Source: Lepidodermella squamata
Taxonomy: Eukaryota; Animalia; Gastrotricha
Direction of reading: 5' to 3'
DNA length: 64,000 nt
Assembly: GCA_047495785.1 (NCBI GenBank)
Contig: JBLDXI010000048.1
Location: 248,001-312,000 of the forward strand
The translations under genes were made by a program, and so were the position numbers. The notes beneath the pieces are model-generated. The model made no database searches. It was given only the letters and a program-made list of their open reading frames with translations, and was not told the origin of the DNA. Position 1 is the first letter of the stretch, and the number at the start of each line of letters is the position of its first letter. Below, piece after piece: positions 38,270 through 49,556 of this stretch.

Positions 38270-41197
38270 ATGTACGGGCAGCTCAAGCCGATGTTAGATA
38301 GCAAGTTAGAGCAGGATTCTTGTGATGGTGGCGCGACAGAGATTCCGCTAACTGTTGATACGATATGGCGTAAAATTGACAGCGAAATAGCCAGTCCTCA
38401 ACATAGTAAACGATGCTTCAACGAAAGATCGTGGGTCACTCTCCACCTCTTCATATCGTCAACGTTTCGAGACATGGCCTCCGAGCGTGAGTTTATTGTC
38501 AAGAAAGTGCTGCCCGAGTTAGCAGATTGGGCGGAGAAGATTGGCGTTCGGCTGGTTGAAACTGATTTAAGGTGGGGCGTGCCTGAAAGCTCTACATCCA
38601 ACCAAACTATCGAGACTTGCCTTGGCGAATTGGACAGCATATCGGACCAGACATCTGGACAACCGCTATTTCTTGGCCTATTGGGTGACCGATACGGTTG
38701 GGTACCAAAAAGGACCGATTTTTCAGACGAGATTGCGGCCAGATTCTTCTGGATTGATGGCGTCTCTATAACCCAGATGGAAATTATGAACGGTGCGATA
38801 AGGTAAGAAAACAGCGTCTAACTTTGCTGATTTCAGAGCTTTAGAATAGATTAGGGTTATAGACTCTCTTTTCACTAAGCATTTTGGATCTAGCCTCAGA
38901 AATCACCCGCAAAGCTCGAAAATGACCTTTCTCAAGCAAATAGCTTCAGGGAGAGAAACTGAATCCGAATTCAATGATTGAGAGAGGTCCATGATTTAGA
39001 CTGAATATCAATCAAATCAAATCTAAAGCTCCGGATGATTGATCATCGTTTTTGTGATTATAGGCCTCGCAATAAAAATGCTCTGATATGCCTAAGAAGT
39101 CCAAGTTTCGTGAAATCACTGACGCCCGATCAGGCCAAAGTATTCCTAGACGATAGCGAAATGAGCCAGGCTTTACTGTCTGCCTTGAAGAAAAATGCCG
39201 GCAAATATTTAGCTGCAGATCAAATTTATACATACGCGGCGAATCCTGTTGTGTCGAACGAGTCAAACGTCAGCATCGAATTCGAAGCAGAATTTGCTCT
39301 TAAAGTTGTTGAATTCTTCAAAGCCGCTATCATCCGATTGGTCGGTGAGAGAACGAACTTCGAGCAAATGGATTCATTAGAACAGGAAGAGCTGGATCAA
39401 ACGATTTTCTGCGACCGAATATCAACATCGACATACGGCATACAGCAATGGGTCGACGAACTATCCTCTTTGATAGAGGCCGATTTCAGCAATCAACAGA
39501 AAGATCTAAAATACTTCAAGCCAACAAAACGTCTGAGAGATGGCTTAACATTATCCGATGACTTTGACAAAGACCAAGAATTATTCTGGCCCGCTGACGA
39601 TAGTTGGACGTCAAAGCCGAGATGCTTGATAGGTCACGTCGGGCAAGGCAAAACGTCTCTCATGTGTCAACTTTTTTCTCAATTAAAAGCTGAAGGCAAA
39701 TGTTCAGTATTCGCTCATTTTTGCGGATCTCCCGTATCGTCTATGTCAACTCAAACAGAAACATTTCTGCAAAGGTTGGCATCTTTTCTGCAGTCAACAT
39801 TAGACATTCACCCGGTTGTTAAACATGAAGTTGATGGAGATTTTGCTTTGACAACGAAAGCAGTACACGATCTGCTGAAAATTGCCAGCGAAAGGCCCGA
39901 GGTGAGAATTGTTCTTCTGCTAGACTCGCCCGAAAACTTTGACGACATTGGCACAGCTGGTAGGATTCGATGGGCTAGTTTTCTCGCGACTCGGTACCCG
40001 CAGAACTGTCGCGTTCTTATAACCGCTTCCATAAATCCAGACTTGGCCATTCATTACTTTCTAGAGATGGCGAAAGCGGATGTCATTCAGATGCCACTCG
40101 CTGATATGGATCTGCGGGAAACGATCGTTAGACAATTTTACAAGCCGCTGGCGAAAAAGCTCGATCAATCTCAGTTGAAATTTTTAACTGAAAAGGAAGG
40201 CGCACATCTTCCACTGTGGCTTCAAGTCGCATGTGAGGAGCTGCGAGTTTTCGGGGATTTTCGCGGAGTTACGGCTAAAATTCAACACCTCGACCCCACT
40301 CTGGACGGCTTGCTAGTGCAGAATTTGCGAAGAATTATCGACGATAACCCGGAGCTACCTGTTATCAAACTGCTGAGATTGTTCTCCGTCGCCCCTTTAC
40401 TGCTACAAGATGAGTATCTAACGACGGCACTTGCTGATGAAAATGAAGCTGACATTCCGCCACTCATCATGGCTCGGCTGCGATTAGTTCTAAAGCACTA
40501 TTTTAGATTCAGCGTTGGAGAAGGCAGATGTTTGCAGCCGATTCATACAGCTCTGAAGCAAGCGGCTAAAGCGATATCCTGTCAAACTTCCGAGGGAGAG
40601 AGGGCTGCTAAGCGAGAACTCAGCATGTGCATTGTCAACCATGCATCTATCGAAGTGAAAATAAACTGGCTTCGGCATTTGTCTAATTTGCTGTGGGAGT
40701 CAAACTCGAGGGCCGAGCTCTTGCAGTTTCTGCTCTACGATAAAGCCTCCCGCCTTCGACCTTTCTTCAAAATTGAAATTTTAAGAGTAAGCCCCTTTAT
40801 AGCCATGAATCTTATTCGAATTAAGTCCATAAAACTGTAGAAATTTAGGTGTAGCACTTTGGTTACTACACATACCGGGATCTTGGTCAAGTCGTGTGAG
40901 CAATGCGCCCTCAAGGTAGACTTTCAGCTAAACGGCAAGCTGATGGATCTCTGCTTTGTTTGCAAAGAGAGGCTCTCAGGGCATATGGCTGTTGATGCTA
41001 TTTCCTGCGGCCGCCATCGTGATTATCCTCGAGGCTCGGCTGAGCTGATGTGCGCAATTTGTCGAAATAGTCATCCGTCGAGTTACAAGAGATGGACGCC
41101 GCTAAAAATATGTAGTCGGTGCAGCACATCTCACGACATTTGCTGTCATGTTTCTGTCGACATTTCCGAAGCTAAACATCATTTTTCAAAGATCTAG
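38270..41197 (+). CDS. DUF4062-NACHT (TEP1/NPHP3-like) STAND NTPase with C-terminal PHF5-like zinc finger, join(38270..38802, 39064..40786, 40841..41197), 870 aa
   Basis: LFISSTFRDMASERE, DLRWGV, FLGLLGDRYGW, SITQMEI (DUF4062); Walker A GHVGQGKT, Walker B IVLLLDS, PLWLQVACEELRVFG; Cys-rich last exon; AATAAA just after the stop. Confidence 0.88.
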
Positions 41198-41546
41198 CTT
41201 GTTAACGTTCAAAATAAATGCAATATTGCAGACTTCTTTGCTCATGATTTGATTAGCATTGGTCTTCGGTTTTCGGTTTTAGCGAATTTCACGTTCGTGG
41301 AGCGTGGAATGGTTGGGAGCCTTGACTTGAATAAACGTGGTACAATGGGTTGTTTCAATTACCTTGTCACTCTTTATTATCAGGTATCAGAGTGAGCCGA
41401 TGTCGGTGTAAACTAGACATTCCACCATAAATAATAAATACCCAGTCCGCCCGAAGACGAACGAGGAAGGGAAACGTGTGTACTTTTGTTCAACAAACTT
41501 CCATCAAGTTATCGACTCGAAGCTCGATGTCGTTATATCGTTAGCA

Positions 41547-41706
41547 GCGCGCCAAAACAACCACTTAGATGATTCATTCGATCGTACTTGAAGTCGCCGA
41601 ACGTAATGATAAAGTACGATAGGCCATTTGAGCACTGATTTTTTTCTACTCTCGATCGTACTATCCATATAAAATCTATAAATAGTAAAGTGGTTGTTTT
41701 GGCGCG
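41547..41706. mobile_element. Inverted-repeat (MITE-like) element at the truncation point of the GPCR pseudogene
   Basis: CGCGCCAAAACAACCACTT / AAGTGGTTGTTTTGGCGCG; outer boundaries uncertain. Confidence 0.55.
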
Positions 41707-41759
41707 ATATTAACACATCAAATAACGAGAAGCGATAACTTAAGATCATTCACCCTGCA

Positions 41760-42766
41760 TTATTCACTCTAATAGCTCCTTCTCTATTAAGGAATTTGGT
41801 TCCATGAAATCCCGCATATCTTGACCTGTGAAATTGATACTGCTTGGCGATGTTCTGATCCTCTTGCACATTTTTACGATACCACTGAGAGGTTCTTCGA
41901 ACATACAAGGCTGTAATGCTATGGTCTTGCCTTGGTCAGCTGGATTTTCAATGGTTTCATCCGCCGTAGCTCACTCACTAAGCTCGAGCAAGCCAAAAAT
42001 CTCATTTATGAGGTCATTCGGAATCTCCTGGACGTGGACGATTTTGCACTTGGTTTTCATTGGCGCTGCTATTGGCGTTTCACCAACCCGCCTTCATGAG
42101 GTCGTTTTGCGAGGGGGATTCGCTGACACAGTGGAGGGTAGGTGGGCAGTAGAGCCTTACCGAATCGATTGTGCATTTGGCTTTTTCAAGTCGACGGCAG
42201 CAATGGCACTTTTTACAACTTCGGCTATTGTTTGCTGATGATATACACTGTTATAATGGCTGCCTCATCAGTAAAATCTCACGGTAGTTACTCTAAGGTT
42301 GGCGATAGTGTACTTCGAATCTGTCATTTTCGCCGGAATTGCACATTTTTGTATTCTTGCATACTAAGTGTAAATGTATTTTTCGGAACATCTGAGGAAT
42401 AGTTTATTATTTGCGATTTGCTCAGTTCACCTTGAACATAGGTTGTTATTGGAATCATTAGCTAAAACTTCTGACTAATTTTTTCTGGGCTCTAGGAAAC
42501 GTCCAGTGAACTGGCTCTTACCAGCTGCGGCGTCATTACAGCAGCCGTTCTCGTCGCTCTGCTAGATTTGTCGAACGCGAGTCACGTTACTACAGCCGTA
42601 GCATGTGCGTCTTTCTTTTTCGTTGCCTTCAATGAGGCCGCCATTATACTGCATCTAAGGCAACCCCCAGGTCCTCCGCCATCCTCCTCCGGTTTAATTC
42701 ACTTTTCAGGCCCATTGTCAAGTCGATGGCCACCTTTTAGAAGAACACGATTCGAAACACGAGGAT
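41760..42766 (+). pseudogene. Truncated GABA-B-like GPCR copy (7TM part only, frameshifted)
   Basis: Close to 47250-48204 (WSAGFSMVSSAVAHSL, GRWAVEPYRIDC); small deletion/frameshift near 42230; no flytrap exons upstream. Confidence 0.8.
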
Positions 42767-43160
42767 GAAAAACTAAGAACTACCCAAGAATGAAATCCAT
42801 CATTTCGGTGATAATAGCATTTGCGTCAGAAACGACTTCTGACTGTATATGTAAATGTTATTGGACTCTAACTCGGGTTTTTCTCAGTTGATGAATCACG
42901 TTGCAACTTCGAAAATTTCAATAGAATCTCCGTAGTAATGCAGACAATAACTAATAAAAATTATTATCAAGACTAACTAATTATCTAAACAGGCAACATA
43001 GGAGAAGCTAGCAGCTTAAATTGCCCGAAAAACCAACTAGAAAGAACAAAGAATTTATCTTCGGTATTTCAGCTGTCAACAATGGCGCATCAAAAAGCTT
43101 ACTCGGTGTGTTTTTTCGTCTATCATCTAATATCTAATCTTCTCAAAGAGTTTTAAAATA

Positions 43161-43515
43161 ATGTGGGCGAAATTCTTGTTAACATTTTTTCTGGTTATTG
43201 GTCTATCAAGTAATTTTAGTTTTAGTGTTTAAAAAAATCACAATGACTATATAATTTTAACCTGTCACAGAAGCTCGGGTTTTTCGGAGAACTCCCATGA
43301 ACTGCAGATCGGACAACAACGTGCTCACGAGTGGAGAAGCAGAAACAAATGGCGCCTGTCTAGCTATTTGCACGGCACAACCTGGTTGCGTAGCAATTTC
43401 GCTCGAATCGCAAACTAAAAAGTGTCAAGTGATGTCATCGTGTTCGCGACTTGGTTACGCGGTTAACGGCGAGCAGAACTGGGCCATTGCAGGATTAGCA
43501 AACGGCAACATTTAA
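43161..43515 (+). CDS. Small secreted PAN/Apple-domain protein, join(43161..43209, 43271..43515), 97 aa
   Basis: Signal peptide MWAKFLLTFFLVIGLSKA; CLAIC-x5-C..S.....C PAN-type Cys pattern; 61-bp GT-AG intron in frame. Confidence 0.7.
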
Positions 43516-43518
43516 CGT

Positions 43519-43716
43519 ATATCGTTAGGGCGTTCAATAACTTGGATTTAGGCTTGTTTGCAACCACCATTTCAAGGTTGTTGGTGACAAGTAAAGAGCG
43601 GCTTTTTAACGTGAATGAAAAGGCTAAAACAAAAGACTTTATGGTTTTGTCACCTATCCCCTTCAAATGGATGTAAACAAGCCTAACTTCGAGTTATTCA
43701 ACGCCGCTAACGATAT
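43519..43716. mobile_element. MITE-like inverted repeat element just after the PAN gene stop codon
   Basis: ~40-bp imperfect TIR ATATCGTTAG...TTAGGCTTGTTT / AAACAAGCCTAA...CTAACGATAT. Confidence 0.6.
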
Positions 43717-45417
43717 GGTTGCTGATTTCAAAGTGAAAATCAATGATCACGGCCAATATGATCAATAAATGAGCCAAGCATCTTGAACGTTTTCTTCATT
43801 TCTAATCCCCTTCCGCAATCGTGTCGTAGAACCTTTTTCATCACTGAATTACGAAATCGATAGTGAAACTATGTCCCTGAATACTGAGATAAAAGCTGTT
43901 TCCCGTATACATCTTTATACTTTCTGGATCGTCGAAGATTCAGATCACGAACCTGACAAAAAAAGCAATATAAAACGGGTTTTTGTCGCCCGGGGAGACA
44001 CAATTTACTTGGCATGACAACGGATCGCTAAACCTGCCTTCCTCACCTTGAACTTGATGAGCTCCGACGTAACATGGAGCGCGCATAAAGTTGAGTAAGG
44101 ACATAGATTAAGTATAAAAACACATATATCGGAAGCGTGACAGCACTTGCGCAGGTCGATTCTAGAAAAAAGCCGGAATCAAATAGACTTGAAAAACTCT
44201 TCATCACAGTCGCCTCTGCGTGCGTCATACTTTTTGAATCGTTTTTTGTTCCGAGATAAAGGACGTCCAAGGCGAACGTCTAGAGCTCATATTTAAGAAT
44301 GAGTTGCGGAATTCCGTTTCACATACTTTCTCCCACTAAAATCATATAAAATCTATGCATTAGTGAAAATATCAGGCGAAAATGACTCTTCAGAAACATT
44401 CATATAAGGGGTGCGCAAACGCTTTTTGCCTCGCTTTTTCAATAGCTTTTCAACGATAGGTGATGCGAAAACGCGGTTTTCAGCAAATTAAAAAGCAGGT
44501 GTGGTCTGATTATTCCCTAAGATCTTGTTTCAAGAGGTCACCGATTCCTGAAAAACATTGCACGACTATCCGAAACTCCAGGTTTCTTAAAATTGTCACT
44601 TGTCACAGATCAATAAAAAATTCCGCAGAATCGTTTCCGATCGCGGTTGGTTGATAGTGGATAAGACCCTTTCTGTGGGCGCTAAGTCAATTTTCCCTGT
44701 TGACTAATTGATTGTTATTGACCTGATTCTCAGGTAAGAAAAATTTCAGATAAAGCCTTTTCGCATTCGCAGGATGATGCCGTCCAACCTCAAATCCTGT
44801 AAAAGGCCATTTATTTTATGTGAGAATTTTAATAAAAGTCACGGACGAGACTTTTTCGAGAGAAAAAATTGAGGACAGTTGACCCAGACTAGATCTATCG
44901 ACTGGCGAAAACCGCATTGGAAAATTCCCTATGGCTAATGGCTATGTAGTTATTCAAAAAAAAGTGGGGCATAAAGACGTTTGCGCATACTTTAGCAAAC
45001 AACAGACGTGTCGTTGTTTTTCGGAGGAAACACATTCTAATGTAACGCTCTCGCCCCGGCGACCGTATCAGTTTTCTATAATGCACTTATCGATCTAGTG
45101 TAGGTTTTCTTCCGTCTTGTTGTTAAAAAAAATTTCAATTCGCAAAATCAGCCTGTGGAATTTCACCTTTCAAAAAAGTAAATGTAGCTAATTAACTTGC
45201 GACAGGGCTAAAACTTGCTAATGAGTATTGGCCTGCAACTCGCTAAGTTTTACTTAGCTCCGGGCTGGGTTGCCTTGACTATTTTAAATTTGTTTTTCAA
45301 AACGGCTTCAAATTTCGTTGAATATGCAAAAATCACTATTTGTAGGCCGTAGTTTTGGTAAATGCCACCAATATTTTTTATCACTTGAAGCTACTTTAGA
45401 TCGTACCCGATATTGAT

Positions 45418-48204
45418 ATGATGATATGGACAGAAGTAGTGTTCTCTCTCCTCCAAATTATTGCATATTCATCAGCGAAACTAAGTCTCGACGAGTCGAT
45501 ACCTGAGCTGGTAGTGTCGCCTCGAGCTAATTCAAGCCGAACCCTGCTTAAATTGCTGACAAGTGTTACTTACTCTGGCTTCTTCCCAGCTGGGCCCATC
45601 TGCACAGTAGCCTACCAAACCGCATTAGAGAACTTGAGGAAGCAACCCAACTGGCTGCCTCATTACGATTTGGGATTCGAGTATTTCGATGATTCGGTAA
45701 AATTTCAGTTAACAAAATTCTAGATGAAACACTATCGCCAAATTTGCCAGTGTGACGATGCATTAGGAATCGGCGAATTCGCTACACGAATCCTCAACAG
45801 CGGAAATGCCGAAAATCGCTTCCCTTTCGCCGTGCTGACTGAATGCAGCCCTCAGACGCAGAGCCTTACAGCGATGATGCTAAATCAGTTTAATTTCGTA
45901 GGGGTTAGCTGAGATTCCTTACATTTCCCTTCAACATATATATAAATTCATTTTTTTCAGCTGTCGATTTACCCTGTCACCTTCGACGTTTTGACAGATC
46001 GAAAAAGATTCGCAAATTTCTTCGCCATTGGTGATAACCCAGACGTCTACTCGCTGGCTTTATCTGAATTCATGATCAAAATGAACTGGTATCACGTGGC
46101 GATCATCTCGGAAACAAATCCGTATTCAACATTGGTGAGTTTCACTCAACTTCCTAGATATTGAGTTGTGACTACTAATTTTAGATGGATACCTACTTTT
46201 CAAAACATTTTGAGACCGTTGGAATTCGACTTCTGTACCAAGAAAAGGTCAATTTCGATCTGAGCTACGAATATCTCTCCCTGGAGCAATTCAGATCACA
46301 TGATCCCAGAATTATTGTGGTGAATACCTTCAACAATGCCCTAACGTTATGCCTGCTTTATAAAAACGGGCTGTATGGTCCGAAATACGTGTTTCTGCTG
46401 CCGAATTGGGACAACATCGGCAGCCCGCCTATGATCCCCGAGGATGCTGATTGGTGTGAGCTGCACATGGTGCTTAAAGTGCGTTGTTATGTGGCTAAGA
46501 GGTGATTATTTTACTGATCTGCCCATTTGTAGACATTGGAGAGCGTTATCCGGCTCACGGATATGACATGGGACGCCCACGTTGGCAACACTTTTCGTGA
46601 CAGCTCAGGACAATCTTTGCCCGGTCTTCAATCGATTCTGGCAGAAAATATTGAAAGCCCTCAAATGTCACGAGGCTACGATTACTGGCCGGCGATCTGC
46701 TACGACCAGGCGATAGCTACCGGAATCATGCTGAACGCAACAGAAGCAGCTCTTAATAATCGTAAGCCTCTGCTTCTTTCCAAATAGGTAAACTTATTAA
46801 TTCTTTCACAGGCAACGAAACTTTATCCGATTGGTTCGCTAACGAGGACAAATTTCGCACTCGGGGAGCCGATCTTGCAAACGTGATGAAAGAAGTCATG
46901 CTTAAAATGAGGTTCACAGGGTTAAAGGCGAACTACGAATTCAATAAAACTATGTTCGTGGTTGGATTCAGTCAAACCCGTGTCGTTGGTAACCTCACAA
47001 CCTCAGATCTGGTGGCTCTATCGTCTCCATCTCATAACAATAATCGAACGATGACTCTAAAACCGGCAGCTATGAAATGGCGGACAAAGGGAAACGTCCC
47101 TCCCGTTGATAAGATTCGCATCACGAGAAACCTTCACGATCCTCTACCTATAGCTCTGAGCGCAACTTTAACAAGTAGACTTTTTTGCGTGGAAATTAGG
47201 AACCCATTTTTATTTCCCTCTTTGCATAGGCCTCGGCTCCTCTCTGGTTTTGCTAGCAATCGCAATTCTAATAGCTCCCTGTCTTTTGAAAAGATTGAGC
47301 CACATCAAACCTCGTATTACTTGGCCTGTTAAATGGATGCTACTAGGAGATGTTCTGATCACCATCAACATACTCGTTATGCCCTTGAGAGGTTCTTCAA
47401 ACCTGCAAAGCTGTAATGCTATGGCCTTGCTTTGGTCAGCTGGATTTTCGATGGTTTCATCGGCCGTAGCTCATTCACTTAGCTCGAAGCAGCCAAATGT
47501 CTCATTTAGGAGGTCATTTGGAATCTCCTGGACGTGGACGATTTTGCACTTGGTTTTCATTGGCGCTGCTCTTGGCGTTTCACCAACCCGCCTCCGTGAG
47601 GTCATTTTGCGGAATGGATTTGCTGACACAGTGGAGGGTAGGTGGGCTGTGGAGCCGTACCGCATCGATTGTACATTTGGATTTTTCAAATCCAAATCTG
47701 CACTGGCACTTTTTGCAACTTCGGCTATCTTACACTGCTTGCTGTTGATATACTATGTCGTGGTTGCTGTCGCATCAGTCAAATCCCGGGATGTTTACAC
47801 AAAAGTGAGTGAGGGTCTGTAACTTTACTCCAGCTCCACGCGTGATAAAATTGCGAATGATTTGTTTAACCTTCACATTTTAGAGATCCAGGAAACATCG
47901 TGTCAATTGGATGGCAGCTTTTGCAATTTGCAGCTGTGGCATTATCATAGCAGCTGTTCTTATCGCGCTGCTTGACTGGTCGAACGCGAGTCATGTGACC
48001 ACAGCCGTAGCTTGCGCGTCAATTTGTTTCGTTGTCATCAATGAAGCAGCCGTAGCACAGCATCTACGGCAGCCTCCTATTTCAATTGCAATTTCCCGTT
48101 GCGATTCCTCCCCTCGATCGGTTCACTGGTCGAATCGATTGCCAACTCGCTGGCCACCTTCGCCAAAGAGAAGCCGAAAAATCTGGATCACAAACCTGGC
48201 ATGA
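45418..48204 (+). CDS. Divergent GABA-B-like class C GPCR (Venus flytrap + 7TM), multi-exon
   Basis: Signal peptide; LPHYDL..EYFDDSCD, DRKRFANFF, MNWYHVAII, DPRIIV, LYKNGLYGPKYVFLL, FTGLK, W....PP.D; seven hydrophobic segments; no Cys-rich domain. Confidence 0.8.
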
Positions 48205-49556
48205 TTCCTGTTTTCTGAGTTGTTTTCTGCGAAAAATATTAAGGCTTTCGAGCCATGAAGAGACTGTTGAAAAGATCAACGTTTGGGCCTTGTACTTGCG
48301 TTTCTCTGAGCAATTCTTGGATGCCAGGATAGAATGGTATCAGAAGAAAAACACCTAGGTTTATTAGTTAATTTTGAATAACATCAAGGTTTGAATGACC
48401 ACGAAATCATGTTTATACCACCTGCATCATTGGATAGATCCTCTCCAGAGGAGTATAACGATGTAAATGTTGGGCCATATTCGGCTTCAATATTAAATTG
48501 CAACAAGAATAATAAAAACTTAACGGCCTCTTTCAAACGCAACGCAACACTTCGATGACGATTAGAAACCTTTTTCAAAGTGAACGGCTGGTTTTGGAAA
48601 ATAACAGACACGATTCTGCTTTATGTTTTTCGCGAGGGGCAACTTTGGCAAATCCCTTAACCATCCAAGATGTATACCTACATGTAATAGCAAGGCTGTG
48701 CCAAGAGTTCATCTCAGGCAAAGTTCGGTTTTATTATCGCTAACAGAGAAACAACTGAAATCATACAAGCAAGATGTTTGAGAAGATGACGGTATTAACG
48801 GTAGCGCAAAAATAATCGCAGCAAAGAACATAACATGTCACTGATCGCATATCAAATTGCGTCAACCCTATTACCCTACTTTTTCCATGGTGTCTTTCGC
48901 GGGTTCTTCATGGCTGGCACAAAGACCACGCGAATCCACGCAAACATACCTTCTCAACAATGCGCGTGGTGCATTAAAGATTAAAGTTGAAGTTGTCCCT
49001 GAATGATCGATCACTCATGCTTAATCATCTTCAAAACGGAAGCAGGTATCATGTAACGAGATTCATGCTTCGTTAGTAGCATAAAAAACGCGTTTGAGCC
49101 TGACGGGAAGTCAATAGTGAAATAATGCATAAGAACGTATTGCCACTAGTCACATAACACTTTCTCATATACCTGCGAATTAGTAGTAGAGTTTTGTTAC
49201 CTGACGCTTGAAAATATATATCCGCTAGCTGTGGCCCTAAATTCATACATAATCACCGTCAAAATACATTCAGAAATTCTCAGCTGAAAATCTAGAGTTT
49301 ATTTATGACGTTGTTTTCGACAACGAGTCTACTCTACCCTCGTTACGTTGTCACCATCTCTCGGTAACATAATCAGGCGTCCTCATTCGTCAACTGTCAT
49401 TTGAACCGTCATGTAGGTCGCAATTATACTAGGGCAGTTTTTGCAATAGTTTTATCATGATTCTCCATAATCCCACATGATAGCTGAACTGAGGCTGGCT
49501 AATCGCCAAAATATGCTAATTTCTTCATAGATTGTCTCCTACTTGTTGAGCCCATT

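Noticed and set aside
38270-41197. Naming the gene TEP1
   Set aside because: No TROVE/vWA or WD40 regions; only the DUF4062-NACHT module is shared.
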